A stretch of DNA of 64,000 nucleotides from positions 256,001 through 320,000 of the forward strand of contig CAWHXD010000019.1 in assembly GCA_963833225.1 (NCBI GenBank), read 5' to 3'. The notes beneath the pieces were generated by a model, which ran no database searches, was not told where the DNA came from, and saw nothing but the letters and a program-made list of their open reading frames with translations. Both the position numbers and the translations under genes were made by a program. Below, in pieces: positions 32,632-42,818 of this stretch (its first letter is position 1; each line of letters starts with the position of its first letter). Origin of the DNA: an uncultured Chloroflexia bacterium. Lineage in GTDB: Bacteria > Chloroflexota > Limnocylindria > Limnocylindrales > CSP1-4.

Positions 32632-34305
32632 GTGGACGACGCATTCCGGGCCGAGATGGCGGCGGGCTACGCGGTCAACGAGCCGGTCATCGTCTTTGGC
32701 TGTCCGATCCTCGGCGAGGAGCTCCTGGCAGACGTCCGCGTCTCCCTGCCACTGACCCGCGTCAACCGCCATGGGCTCATCGCGGGCGCCACCGGCACCG
32801 GCAAGACCACGACGCTCCAGGTGATGGCCGGCCAGCTGTCGGCCGCCGGGGTGCCCGTGTTCGCGGTCGACATCAAGGGGGACCTGTCAGGCGTCGGCGC
32901 GCCCGGGGACGCGGGCAATCCTCCGGTGGCCGCCAGGATCGAATCAATGAAGCTCGACTTCGAGGCCCGCGGGGCCCCGGTCGAGATCCTGTCGCTCTCG
33001 GGCGAGAAGGGCGCCCACGTTCGGGCCAGCGTCAGCTCCTTCGGCCCGCTGCTGCTGGGCAAGGTCCTGGACCTCAACGACACGCAGACGAGCATCCTGT
33101 CGCTGGTCTTCCGGTACTGCGACCTCGAGCACCTCCCGCTCCTCGACCTCGCGGACCTGCGGACCACGCTCAAGTTCCTGGGCTCGGATGAGGGGAAGCC
33201 GGTCCTCGACGACCTGGGCGGGATCAGCCCGGCCAGCCTGGGCGTGATGCTGCGGGCGATCGTGACCATCGAGCAGGAGGGCGCGGACGTCTTCTTCGGC
33301 GAGCCCGAGTTCGACGTCGATGACCTCCTGCGAACGACGCCCGACGGACAGGGCGTGGTCACCCTGCTCGAGGTCGCAGACGTCATGGACCGGCCAAGGC
33401 TGTACTCGACGTTCGTGCTGTGGATGCTCGCCCAGCTCTACGAGCAGCTGCCCGAGGTGGGCGACCAGCCCAAGCCCAAGCTCGCCTTCTTCTTCGACGA
33501 GGCACACCTGCTGTTCAATGACGCGTCGGACGCGCTGATGGAGCAGATCGAGCGGACCGCCCGGCTCATCCGGTCCAAGGGCGTCGGCGTGTACTTCGTC
33601 ACCCAGTCGCCCACGGACGTGCCGTCGTCGGTCCTGTCCCAGCTGGGCAACCGGGTCCAGCACGCGCTCCGGGCGTTCACGCCCGAGGACGCGGACAGCC
33701 TGCGCAAGGCTGCCCGCACCTTCCCGATGACCGACCACTACGACGTCGAGCGCACCCTGACCCGCCTGGGCATCGGCGAGGCGTTCGTGACCGTGCTCAA
33801 CCGTAAGGGCATCCCGACCCCGCTCGCCGCCACGCGCCTGGTCCCGCCCGAGTCGCGGATGGGCCCGCTGACGCCCGAGGAGATCGCGGCCAAGGTGGCC
33901 GCGTCGCCGTTCGCCGCCAAGTACAACGTGGCCATCGATCCCGAGAGCGCCCACGAGATCATCACCGCCCGCCTCAAGAACGCGAAGGCGGCCGCCGCCA
34001 CGGCTGCCGCGGAGGCCGAGATGCGCGACAAGGTCTCGCCAACCACCGCGGGCGGGCTGGGCACGATGACGCCGGCCCAGCAGAAGCGCGAGATCGCGCG
34101 CCGCGCCCGCGAGCTCGAAGCTGCGCGCAAGGCCGCCGAGCGCGAGCGCAAGGCCCGCGAGAAGGAGGCTGCCGCGCTGGCCCGCGAGCGCGAGCGGACG
34201 ATGCGCGCGACGGTGAACACGGTGGGCAAGGTCATCGGGTCGCGCGGAACCCAGACGCTCCTGCGCGGCGTGTTCGACACGATCTTCGGCGGCGGCAAGC
34301 GGTAG
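32632..34305 (+). CDS. DUF853/YjgR-like HerA-family ATPase
   Basis: NRHGLIAGATGTGKT, DIKGDLSG, FFDEAHLLF, RLIRSKGVGVYFVTQ, QLGNRVQHALRAFTP; GTG after GGGAGGAG. Confidence 0.88.
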   Translation: MDDAFRAEMAAGYAVNEPVIVFGCPILGEELLADVRVSLPLTRVNRHGLIAGATGTGKTTTLQVMAGQLSAAGVPVFAVDIKGDLSGVGAPGDAGNPPVAARIESMKLDFEARGAPVEILSLSGEKGAHVRASVSSFGPLLLGKVLDLNDTQTSILSLVFRYCDLEHLPLLDLADLRTTLKFLGSDEGKPVLDDLGGISPASLGVMLRAIVTIEQEGADVFFGEPEFDVDDLLRTTPDGQGVVTLLEVADVMDRPRLYSTFVLWMLAQLYEQLPEVGDQPKPKLAFFFDEAHLLFNDASDALMEQIERTARLIRSKGVGVYFVTQSPTDVPSSVLSQLGNRVQHALRAFTPEDADSLRKAARTFPMTDHYDVERTLTRLGIGEAFVTVLNRKGIPTPLAATRLVPPESRMGPLTPEEIAAKVAASPFAAKYNVAIDPESAHEIITARLKNAKAAAATAAAEAEMRDKVSPTTAGGLGTMTPAQQKREIARRARELEAARKAAERERKAREKEAAALARERERTMRATVNTVGKVIGSRGTQTLLRGVFDTIFGGGKR

Positions 34306-34372
34306 GCGCCGCGCCACAGGCGCCTGTGGCCGGGCGTCCCCCGACCGCACATCCACGACCGGAGGACGATCG

Positions 34373-35065
34373 ATGCGGCACCTGGCGCTCGCGTGGCTGG
34401 GGGTGGCCGGGCTGCTGGGCGGGGCGGTCCTCGCGCTCGGGGCGCCGGCGCCGGTCGCGGCCGAGGACATCTGCGGGCCGTCGGCGCCCGCCAACCCTGG
34501 CGCCATCCGGGGCCAGGCGTGGATCGGCGTCGTGGTCGACATCGAGCGGCACGAACCTCGCAACCCAGCGCGCTACGACTGGGCGGCGATCACCTTCCGC
34601 ATCGAGCAGGTCGTTCGTGACGCGCCGCGGATGGGCCCGGGCACCGTCCGGATCGGTGGTGCCGACGTCATCACCCTGCGCGTCGGCTCGTGCGATGGGC
34701 ATCGCGACCTTGGCCTGCAGCGAGGCGGGCGGTACCTCGTGAGCACTCGGGCGATCTTGGAACCCGGCGATCGGCCCGGAACGGGCTTCATCTTCGCCAG
34801 CATGACAGTGGCTTGGGAGTTGTACGGCGACGTCGCCCGACTCCAGGACGACATGTACTACCGCGATTGGCGGGACGAGCTCTGGCCCGGGTTCGCCGAG
34901 GCGGACACCCTCGCCGACGTCCTCGCGATCGTCGCCCCCAACGCGCCGGCCACGGACGCCCTCGCCGGGCCGCAGCCAGGGCCTGAGCCGCCCTGGGGCC
35001 TTGCGTTGCTGGCCGGCATCCCGGGCGCCTGGCTCGTGCTCCGCCGCACGCGCCGCCGCGCCTGA
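34373..35065 (+). CDS. Secreted protein with C-terminal sorting-signal-like tail
   Basis: Signal peptide (..APAPVAA/EDIC), two Cys, tail APATD + spacer + hydrophobic segment + RRTRRRA; GGAGG RBS. Confidence 0.7.
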   Translation: MRHLALAWLGVAGLLGGAVLALGAPAPVAAEDICGPSAPANPGAIRGQAWIGVVVDIERHEPRNPARYDWAAITFRIEQVVRDAPRMGPGTVRIGGADVITLRVGSCDGHRDLGLQRGGRYLVSTRAILEPGDRPGTGFIFASMTVAWELYGDVARLQDDMYYRDWRDELWPGFAEADTLADVLAIVAPNAPATDALAGPQPGPEPPWGLALLAGIPGAWLVLRRTRRRA

Positions 35066-35066
35066 T

Positions 35067-35477
35067 CTATCCGAGCAGCTCCACGCCGGCGCGTGCGGCG
35101 GCGTCGCGCAGCCGGCCATCGAGCGTCGCGAGCTGCAGCCCTCGCCGGCTCGCGAGGGCGACGTACGCCGCGTCGTACGCGCTGAGGTCAAGACGCCGGG
35201 CCAGGTCCGCCACGTCGCCCAGGGCATCGACCGTGCTGACGGCCTCCACGCGCACGGGGAGCGAGAGCAGCAGCGTCGACGCCTCGGAGAACTCCCCCGG
35301 CCCGAGCCGCCCCCGCCGCTCGGCGTTCCGGAGCCCGTTGGCGACCTCGAGCGGCCAGATCGCCGGGGCCACCGCGTGGCCGGAGGCGAGGCGCGACAGC
35401 CAGCCGTCCGCGAGGTCGGATCGCTCGTCCGCGAAGCACCAGGCCAGGGCGACGGACGCGTCGATCACGAACGTCAC
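35067..35477 (-). CDS. vapC: PIN-domain toxin (VapC family)
   Basis: FVIDASVALAW, WPLEVANGL, LSAYDAAYVALA, LATLD; overlaps the antitoxin stop. Confidence 0.88.
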   Translation of the reverse strand: MTFVIDASVALAWCFADERSDLADGWLSRLASGHAVAPAIWPLEVANGLRNAERRGRLGPGEFSEASTLLLSLPVRVEAVSTVDALGDVADLARRLDLSAYDAAYVALASRRGLQLATLDGRLRDAAARAGVELLG

Positions 35478-35710
35478 CGGCGGCCCTCGTCGATGAGCTC
35501 GCGGATGGTGACATCGCCCAGGGGATGGCGCGCGCGGAAGGCGCGCAGCGACGCGATGGCGTCCTCGATGGACCCGGCGCTCGGCCGGGCCGGGATGAGG
35601 ACGGCGACCGGGACCCCGTGCTTGGTGATGATGATCTCCTCGCCGGCCGCGACCTCGTCGAGCAGGCGAGGGAGGTGGGTCTTCGCTTCGTAGGCGCCGA
35701 CGGTTCTCAT
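35474..35710 (-). CDS. Phd/YefM-family antitoxin
   Basis: MRTVGAYEAKTHLPRLLDEVAAGEEIIITKHGVPVAVL. Confidence 0.9.
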   Translation of the reverse strand: MRTVGAYEAKTHLPRLLDEVAAGEEIIITKHGVPVAVLIPARPSAGSIEDAIASLRAFRARHPLGDVTIRELIDEGRR

Positions 35711-35725
35711 GACTTCGGTCCTCGC

Positions 35726-35742
35726 ACTAGTCTGAGACTAGT
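35726..35742. promoter_or_regulatory. Perfect inverted repeat, likely toxin-antitoxin operator
   Basis: ACTAGTCT-G-AGACTAGT, 15 nt upstream of the antitoxin start. Confidence 0.7.
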
Positions 35743-35796
35743 CTAACCCCGCCCCGGCTTGCGTCCACCACGGACGCGGCCGGGGTTCGGAGGGGC

Positions 35797-36310
35797 ATGG
35801 ATTCGTCTCGTCGCATGACCCCCGAGTCGCCGGGCTTCGCCACCACCCTGATCGGGGAGTCGTTCGCCGGTGAGGGACCGAACGCCGCCCACCTCAACGT
35901 GGTGATCGGGCGCAAGGGTGGCCCGGTCGAGATGGCCTGGGTCACCAGCCTGGCCACGCCGCGCTAGGGCACGTGCCCTTCCTGGTCACGCTCCGTCCGA
36001 ATTTGCCGGGCGCAAGCCGATGACGCTATTCGTCAACAAGGCGGAGGTCCGAGGCGAGGCTCACGAGGCGTTGACCTGGGGCGCGGCCCAGGCCGGGGTC
36101 GCGGGCGGCGTTGCGCGTGCCGTCCAGTACGGGTTGATCCCGGTAGATGCCACCGAGGAAATCTTCGTGATCACGGCCGTCTAGGTGGCGTGGTCGGCGG
36201 ATGATGCCGACGAGGTGTACGCGAACAACCTGGCCGCCACCTACGATGCGATCTGGGCGGCCGTGGAAGGCACACCGACGCTCGGTCGCCGGCTGATCGC
36301 CGAAGTAGGC
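35797..36310 (+). pseudogene. fae: Formaldehyde-activating-enzyme-family pseudogene
   Basis: IGESFAGEGPNAAHLNVVIGRKGGPVE, GHVPFLVTLRPNLP, KPMTLFVNKA, WGAAQAGVAGGVA, VYANNLAAT; two frameshifts (~35965, ~36010) and TAG in place of a probable TGG at 36182. End approximate. Confidence 0.75.
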
Positions 36311-36370
36311 TGTCCCGGGCACCGCGACTCGGCGCCCCAGTCCGTCGCCGCGTCCGCGAGACTGCGCGCC

Positions 36371-37543
36371 ATGGACCTGACCCTGACCCCTGCCCAGGCG
36401 GATCTGCGCGACCGGGCCCGCGCCTACGTCACCGATCACCTGCAGCCGCTCGAGGCGGAGTTCGAACGCCGGCACACCCTTGACCCGAGCACGACGGCGG
36501 AGCTCAAGCGGCTCGCGATCGAGGCCCGGCTCCACGGCGGCAACCTGCCCCGGGAGGCTGGCGGCCAGGGCTGGTCCAGCCTCGAGCAGATCCTGGTCCA
36601 CGAACAGCTCGGCCAGGCCACGGGAGGCCTGTGGTCGTACATCCCCGGCGCCTACAACGCGCTGGTCCACGCCTCCCCCGAGCAGCGTGCCCGCTACCTG
36701 GACCCATGCCTGCGGGGCGACCGCAACGGCTCCTACGCGATCACGGAGCCCGGTCAGGGTTCGGATGCCCGCACGCTGGCGGCCACCGCCGTCCGCGACC
36801 CGGCCACCGGCGAGTACATCCTCAATGGCGAGAAGTGGTTCGTGACCGGCCCGTCCGACACGGACTTCATGATCTTCCACTGCCACCTGCTCGATGGCGA
36901 CCAGCGGCTGCCGACCCTGTTCCTGGTGGACTACGACACGCCGGGGCTGGTCATGAGCCATGACCCCGACTACACGCACACGTTCGCGGACCGCCACCCG
37001 CAGTTCGTGCTGACCGATGTCCGGGTGCCGGCGGACGCGATCCTCGGCGAGATCGGCCAGGCCGATGCCATGACCAACGAGTGGTTCGTCGAGGAGCGGC
37101 TCCACATCGGCGCGCGATGCTCGGGGGCGATGGAGCGGCTGCTGGCGCTCGCCGTCGAATGGGCGACCGGCCGGATCCAGTTCGGCGAGCGGATCTACGA
37201 TTTCCAGGGCGTGTCGTTCCCGCTCGCGGACTCCGCCGCCGACGCGTCCGCCGCCCGGCTGCTCACCCGCGAGGCGGCCCTGCTGCTCGATGCGGGTGCC
37301 AACCCCAAGGTCGTGCACGCCAAGGCATCGCTGGCCAAGCTGTTCGCCTCCGAGGCGGCCTACCGGTGTGCCGACCGCGTGGTCCAGGTCTTCGGCGGCC
37401 GCGGGTACATGCGCGAGTTCCCGGCCGAGCGGTACCTGCGCGAGCTGCGGGTCGACCGCCTCTGGGAAGGAACCAGCGAGATCCAGCGGATGGTGATCGC
37501 CCGGGCCCTCGAGAAGCGCGGCGTCCGGGCCGTCGTCGGGTGA
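36371..37543 (+). CDS. Acyl-CoA dehydrogenase
   Basis: YAITEPGQGSDA, LNGEKWFVT, RIQFGERI, AKLFASE, QVFGGRGY, LWEGTSEIQR; ATG at 36371. Confidence 0.92.
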   Translation: MDLTLTPAQADLRDRARAYVTDHLQPLEAEFERRHTLDPSTTAELKRLAIEARLHGGNLPREAGGQGWSSLEQILVHEQLGQATGGLWSYIPGAYNALVHASPEQRARYLDPCLRGDRNGSYAITEPGQGSDARTLAATAVRDPATGEYILNGEKWFVTGPSDTDFMIFHCHLLDGDQRLPTLFLVDYDTPGLVMSHDPDYTHTFADRHPQFVLTDVRVPADAILGEIGQADAMTNEWFVEERLHIGARCSGAMERLLALAVEWATGRIQFGERIYDFQGVSFPLADSAADASAARLLTREAALLLDAGANPKVVHAKASLAKLFASEAAYRCADRVVQVFGGRGYMREFPAERYLRELRVDRLWEGTSEIQRMVIARALEKRGVRAVVG

Positions 37544-39795
37544 CGGACGCCGCGGCGGGCGCGTCCCCCTCGCCCGCGGAGATCGATCTCCGACCCCTGT
37601 TCGCCCCGCGGTCGATCGCCGTCGTGGGCGCGAGCCCCCGTGGCTGGGTGGGGACGACGGTTCGCGACAACCTCGCCCTGATGCACAGCGAGACACGGAT
37701 CTACTTCGTGAACCCGAAGTACGGGGAGGTTCACGGCACCCGCTGCTGGCCAGGCCTGGCGTCGCTGCCCGAGCGCCCAGACACGGTGATCCTGGCGGTG
37801 AACCCGCTCCGGGCGGCGCGCTTCACCCAGGAGGTGGCCGAGGCCGGGATCCCGTCGATCGTGATCCCTGGCGGTGGCGTCGTCGAGGGCGGAGAGGCCG
37901 CGGCGGAGATGCAGCGGGTCGTGCGCGACATCGCGATCCGGCATGGCATCGCGTTGCTCGGGCCCAACTGCATGGGCTCGGTGGACTGGACCACCAACAG
38001 TACCAACTACATCGGCGACGTGAACCCCTGGCTGCCGCGTGGTCATGTCGCCGGCCTCGCCCAGTCGGGGAGCGTCACGGACGCCTTCATCCACGGTCCC
38101 GGCAGCCGGATCGGGTACAGCCGGATCGTGTCGATCGGCACCGAGGCGGTGCTGGACCTGTGCGACTACCTCGCCTACTGCCTTGACGACCCGGAGACCC
38201 ACGCGGTCATGCTGTTCGTCGAGGGCTTCAAGCGCCCCGAGCGGTTCCTGGCGCTGGCGGATCGGGCGCTCGCGATGGGCAAGCCGATCCTGGCGGTCAA
38301 GGTGGGGCGATCGGCGCAGGCGCAGGCCGCGGCCATTGCGCATTCCGGCAGCCTTGCCGGCGAGGACCGGGTCACCGACGCCGCGCTCGAGGCCGCCGGC
38401 GTCATCCGCTGCGCGGATCTCGACGAGCTCCTCGAGCAGGCGGAGCTGATCGCGGGCGCGGGACGCCTCCACCGATCCGTGGGCGCGGGCCGGACGGGGG
38501 TCGTGACCGTATCCACTGGCGAGGCCTCGCTCGTCGCCGACCTTGCCGAGCGCACCGGTCTCGAGCTGCCGCCGGTCCCGGACAGGACGCGGGCGGCGAT
38601 CCTCGAGGGGCTGCCCACGATGGGCTACATCGGCAACCCGCTGGACCCGTGGGGCGCGGCGGATGAGGCGCACGCCTACCGCGTGGCATTCGAGGCGTTC
38701 GCCGACTCGGGCGCGTACGACGTGCTGGCCGTGGTCCACGACAGCCCGTTCCGGGACCTGCCCGGCGAGGTGGTCGTGGCCCGGACGGTGGGCACCGCCC
38801 TCGCGGACGCGACCCGCGATCACCCGGAGCTGCTCCCGGTCTACGTGTCGCTCACCGCGGGCGATATCAGCGAGCAGGTCAAGGCGACGCTCGACGCGGC
38901 CGGCGGCATGCCGATGCTTCGCGGGGCGACCGAATCGATGGTGGCCATCGCGCGGCTCGCGTGGTGGGAGCGGGTCCGGGCCGAGCGGCTGGCGTCGGGG
39001 CCGCGGCGTCCCGCGTGGGCGGCGCTGGCCGCCGGTCACGTCCCGTGGGGCGCGGATGCGACGCCCGATCCACTGTCACGCTCGATCGCAGCGCCGCCTC
39101 CGCGGGTGGCGCTCTCGGAGCGGGACAGCCTGGAGCGGCTCGCCGCTGCGGGGATCCCGGTCACGGCCTGGCGCTATGTGGCCGCCGGCGCGGCGGTCGC
39201 CTTCGGTGCCGCGGTCGCCGACGCCGTCGTGGCAGCCTGGCGCGACCTGGGCGGCGGGCCGGTTGCGCTCAAGCTGGACGCGGAGAGCCTGGTCCACAAG
39301 ACCGAGGTCGGGGGCGTCCTCGTTGGGCTGGGCGACGAGGCAGCCGTCCGCGCCGGCGTCTCCGCGCTTGCCGATGCCGCCGGCCGGTCCGGCGCGCCCC
39401 TGCGCGGGTATCTCGTGGAGCCGATGGCACCCGGCGGCGTGGAGCTGATCGTGGGTGGCCGGCATGACGCGGTCTTCGGGCCGGTCGTGCTGGTCGGGTT
39501 TGGCGGCATCCTGGCCGAGGTGCTCGACGACGTCGCGGTGCTCCTGGCTCCCGTGCCCGACACCGTGGTCCGCCGTCGCCTCGAGCGGCTGCGTGGAGCG
39601 GCGGTGCTGCGGGGAGCTCGCGGGCGGCCCGGCGTGGACTTGGACGCGCTCGCGGGGCTGGTCGGCGCGGTGGGCCGGCTGCTCGCCTCGGATCCGTCGA
39701 TCACCGAGGTCGATCTCAACCCGGTCATCGCCGGGCCGGGTGGCGCGATGGCCGTCGACGCCCTGGTGGTCGTGGAGGCGCCGGCCCGCCGTTGA
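37540..39795 (+). CDS. Acyl-CoA synthetase (ADP-forming), fused alpha/beta
   Basis: PRSIAVVGAS, LLGPNCMG, AQSGS, AHSGSLAG (phospho-His), NPLD, HKTEVGGV, DLNP ATP-grasp motifs. Confidence 0.9.
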   Translation: MTDAAAGASPSPAEIDLRPLFAPRSIAVVGASPRGWVGTTVRDNLALMHSETRIYFVNPKYGEVHGTRCWPGLASLPERPDTVILAVNPLRAARFTQEVAEAGIPSIVIPGGGVVEGGEAAAEMQRVVRDIAIRHGIALLGPNCMGSVDWTTNSTNYIGDVNPWLPRGHVAGLAQSGSVTDAFIHGPGSRIGYSRIVSIGTEAVLDLCDYLAYCLDDPETHAVMLFVEGFKRPERFLALADRALAMGKPILAVKVGRSAQAQAAAIAHSGSLAGEDRVTDAALEAAGVIRCADLDELLEQAELIAGAGRLHRSVGAGRTGVVTVSTGEASLVADLAERTGLELPPVPDRTRAAILEGLPTMGYIGNPLDPWGAADEAHAYRVAFEAFADSGAYDVLAVVHDSPFRDLPGEVVVARTVGTALADATRDHPELLPVYVSLTAGDISEQVKATLDAAGGMPMLRGATESMVAIARLAWWERVRAERLASGPRRPAWAALAAGHVPWGADATPDPLSRSIAAPPPRVALSERDSLERLAAAGIPVTAWRYVAAGAAVAFGAAVADAVVAAWRDLGGGPVALKLDAESLVHKTEVGGVLVGLGDEAAVRAGVSALADAAGRSGAPLRGYLVEPMAPGGVELIVGGRHDAVFGPVVLVGFGGILAEVLDDVAVLLAPVPDTVVRRRLERLRGAAVLRGARGRPGVDLDALAGLVGAVGRLLASDPSITEVDLNPVIAGPGGAMAVDALVVVEAPARR

Positions 39796-39848
39796 GGCGC
39801 CGAGTCCCAGCGCCGAGCTCCGGCGCCGAGGGCGCTACCCTGCAACCC

Positions 39849-40403
39849 ATGACCCCGGATCCGCTGGCTCGCATCCGCCTCGTCGAGGGTGACATCACCC
39901 GGATCACCGCGGACGCTATCGTGAACGCCGCCAACAGCGCGCTCTCGGGCGGCGGTGGCGTGGACGGCGCGATCCACCGCGCCGGTGGCCCCGGGATCCT
40001 GGATGACCTCCGTCGCCGCTACGGCGCCAACCGCAGCTGTCCCACCGGCAGCGCCGTGGTGTCGGCTCCCGGGCTGCTCGATGCGCGATGGGTCATCCAC
40101 GCCGTCGGGCCCGTGTGGTGGGGCGGCGCCGGCGGCGAATCCGCGCTCCTCGCCTCCGCGTACCTGACCAGCCTTCGCCTGGCCGATGACCTTGGGGCGC
40201 GTCACGTTGCCTTCCCGTCGATCAGCACGGGGGCCTATGGCTATCCGCTCGACCGCGCCGCGCCGGTTGCGCTGGAGGCCGTCGCGCGTGGGCTGCGGGA
40301 CGCCAGGTCCGTCCAGCGCGCGACCTTCGTGCTGTACGGGGACCAGGCTCTGGCCATCTACGAGCGATCCCTCGCGGATCTGGTGGCAGCTGCGGCCGGC
40401 TGA
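39849..40403 (+). CDS. Macrodomain O-acetyl-ADP-ribose deacetylase (YmdB-like)
   Basis: GDIT, DAIVNAAN..LSGGGGVDGAIHRAGG, VIHAVGP, AFPSISTGAYGYP. Confidence 0.92.
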   Translation: MTPDPLARIRLVEGDITRITADAIVNAANSALSGGGGVDGAIHRAGGPGILDDLRRRYGANRSCPTGSAVVSAPGLLDARWVIHAVGPVWWGGAGGESALLASAYLTSLRLADDLGARHVAFPSISTGAYGYPLDRAAPVALEAVARGLRDARSVQRATFVLYGDQALAIYERSLADLVAAAAG

Positions 40404-40554
40404 GGGCGACGGGGGCCAACCTGCGCCGGCCGTCGGCCGCCCGGTGGCGCCATCCGGATCCCTGGCCATGCGCGCAGGACAGGACTGAAGTCATGCCCTT
40501 GGGGGACACCCTGACCAGGGCCAGATCAGCCCAACTCGCGCTAGACTCCTGGCG

Positions 40555-42651
40555 ATGCGCTCTGGACTGATGACGCCTCCGGTCCCCCATTTGGACCCCG
40601 GGCAACCGATCCACGCGCCGGCCCCCCGGTTCTCGCTGCGCGGCAGACGTCGCCTGAGCACCCTGTACCGGCGGCTGCTCCTCGGCGCCCTCCTGGTGGT
40701 GCCCGTCGCGCTCCCGTGGGCGTTGCCCGTGGCCGCGTCCGGCTCCACCTACTACGTGGACTGCGCCGGATCCGATTCCCGTGCAGGAACATCGACGGAC
40801 ACGGCCTGGAAGACGCTCGGCAAGGCCAATGCCGCGCCCCTCGCGCCGGGTGACAGCCTCCTGCTCCGTCGGGGATGCTCGTGGACGGGACCCCTGAACG
40901 CATCGTGGCGCGGGACCTCCTCGGCTTCGATCACGATCGGGGCATACGGCTCGGGGGCCCAGCCGCTGATCCGCGATGCTCACGAGAATGTCGCCATCAC
41001 CGGTGCCTACCTGGTCATCCGGGACCTGGCCACCACCGCCGCGCCGACCAGCCATGACTCGAGCTGCCAGAACTGGCCACTCGGCTACCGGGTCGGCTTC
41101 CGCTTCTATTCGGGAGCCAACCATGTGACCGTTCGGGACAGCACCGCGAGCGGCCTGTACATGGGCGTCATGGTGAATGCCGGCGCGACCGACAACCGCG
41201 TATACCGCAACACCCTGCGCGACAACGACATGCGCGACCCGAACGTCGCCTCGGATGCCGGTGCCGTGGGCGTGCTGCTGGAGGGAGACCGGACCGAGGT
41301 CTCGTGGAACACGATCTCAGGCTCCGACGCCTGCTCCCCGCAGTATGGTCGCGACGGCGCGGCGGTCGAGATCTACGGCGGTCGCGACAACAAGATCCAC
41401 CACAACATCGCGACCCAGAACAACGCCTTCACCGAGCTCGGCAACTCGCGATCCGCCAACAACACGTTCGCCTACAACCGGATCACCTCGACGCTCACGG
41501 CGGCCAACGTCCTCGTCACGCGCGGTGCCAACGACTCCCACGGGCCGGTGACCGGCACGCGGTTCCACTCGAACACGGCATACCTCACGGGCTCCCAGAG
41601 CTACGCCATCCAGTGCACGGGTGGCTGTAGTTCCAGCATCCTGTCCATGCGCGACAACATCATCTGGGCGGACGATCGCGTGGGCTACGCGGACGCCTCC
41701 TTCGATGAGCGCAACAACATCTACTGGCGTGCCGGGGGCTCCCCGAAGGTGTACTTCGCGATCAGCTCCACCAGCCGCCTGGTCAACCCTGGGTTCGTGA
41801 GCAGCTCGGACCTGCACCTCAAGTCCGGGAGCCCGGCGATCGATGCCGGGAGCGGAGCGGCCCTCGCGCTGGGCTACACGACGGACCTCTCCGCGGTCGC
41901 GGTGCCCCAGGGGCAGGCCCCGGACATCGGCGCCTACGAGCGCGCAACGGGGGGTGCCACGCCCACGCCCACGCCCGGATCGACGGCGACGCCCAGACCG
42001 ACGGCGACGCCGGCTCCGGCCCCGCTCGCGGTCGACTCGTTCAGCCGGACCGTGTCGGGGGGATGGGGAGCGACCGATCCTGGTGGCGTCTACGGGCTTG
42101 CCGGCGGCAGCGAAGGCTTCGCCGTCGATGGCGCCGTCGGCGCGATGACGCTCAAGTCCGGCCGGTCGTTGGCGGCCACGCTGGTCGACGTGGCGGCGAA
42201 GAACGTCGTGGTCCGCACGAGCGTCCGGGTGAGCCGTCTTATGGGCGGATCCGGGGAGGACGCCTGGGTCGTGCTCCGCAGGACCGCGACGGGCAACGCC
42301 TATCGGCTACGGGTCCGCATCAGCTCGTCGGGTGCGGTCAAGCTACGGGCCTTCAAGCGTGTAAGGGGCCGGACCGTCGCGATCAGCCGCCAGGTGTCAG
42401 CCGGTGTCACCCTCGCTCCGGGAAAGCGGTTGTGGATCCGTGCCCGCGTCGTGGGTGCCAACCCGGCCCGGCTCAAGCTCCGTGTCTGGAAGGGTTCGCA
42501 CGAGCCTGCGCGGTGGCAGCTCGTGGTCAAGAACGGCGCCTCGGCGCTTGCGGGGCCGGGGGCGATCGGGCTGCGGGCCTCGGTGCCCTCCAGGTCCGGT
42601 GGGAAGACGGTGCGGTTCACCTTCGACGACCTTCGCGCCTGGCGGCCGTAG
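40555..42651 (+). CDS. Secreted right-handed beta-helix (pectate-lyase-like) protein with C-terminal beta-sandwich domain
   Basis: Signal peptide ending PVAA; TYYVD..GSD, AWKTL, PGDSLLLRRG, Asn-rich coils, DLHLKSGSPAIDAG...APDIGAYE, PT linker. Start uncertain. Confidence 0.78.
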   Translation: MRSGLMTPPVPHLDPGQPIHAPAPRFSLRGRRRLSTLYRRLLLGALLVVPVALPWALPVAASGSTYYVDCAGSDSRAGTSTDTAWKTLGKANAAPLAPGDSLLLRRGCSWTGPLNASWRGTSSASITIGAYGSGAQPLIRDAHENVAITGAYLVIRDLATTAAPTSHDSSCQNWPLGYRVGFRFYSGANHVTVRDSTASGLYMGVMVNAGATDNRVYRNTLRDNDMRDPNVASDAGAVGVLLEGDRTEVSWNTISGSDACSPQYGRDGAAVEIYGGRDNKIHHNIATQNNAFTELGNSRSANNTFAYNRITSTLTAANVLVTRGANDSHGPVTGTRFHSNTAYLTGSQSYAIQCTGGCSSSILSMRDNIIWADDRVGYADASFDERNNIYWRAGGSPKVYFAISSTSRLVNPGFVSSSDLHLKSGSPAIDAGSGAALALGYTTDLSAVAVPQGQAPDIGAYERATGGATPTPTPGSTATPRPTATPAPAPLAVDSFSRTVSGGWGATDPGGVYGLAGGSEGFAVDGAVGAMTLKSGRSLAATLVDVAAKNVVVRTSVRVSRLMGGSGEDAWVVLRRTATGNAYRLRVRISSSGAVKLRAFKRVRGRTVAISRQVSAGVTLAPGKRLWIRARVVGANPARLKLRVWKGSHEPARWQLVVKNGASALAGPGAIGLRASVPSRSGGKTVRFTFDDLRAWRP

Positions 42652-42790
42652 AGGCTGCGGCTCCCCGCCGATCGGCCGACGACACGGGCCAACGCCGACC
42701 CGCGACGACACGGGCCCACGCCCGCGGTCCCGGCGATTTGCCAGCCGGTGCATCGGTGCAACGGTATAGGCCAAATGGCCCGTTGTGCCC

Positions 42791-42818
42791 TTGAAACGAG
42801 GCGATCCCGTGGTACTTT
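42791..42818 (+). promoter_or_regulatory. Candidate sigma70 promoter of the GT2/surface-protein operon
   Basis: TTGAAA-N16-TACTTT with an extended -10 TG in a lower-GC intergenic region. Confidence 0.5.

Noticed and set aside
32632-35710. HerA-like ATPase plus toxin-antitoxin pair as an anti-phage defence island
   Set aside because: The ATPase looks like the widespread DUF853/YjgR type and has no adjacent nuclease or SIR2 partner.
32209-36184. In-frame TAG codons in pheA and fae as pyrrolysine or stop-codon recoding
   Set aside because: TAG ends many normal genes here, no pyl genes are visible, and both genes also contain frameshifts.
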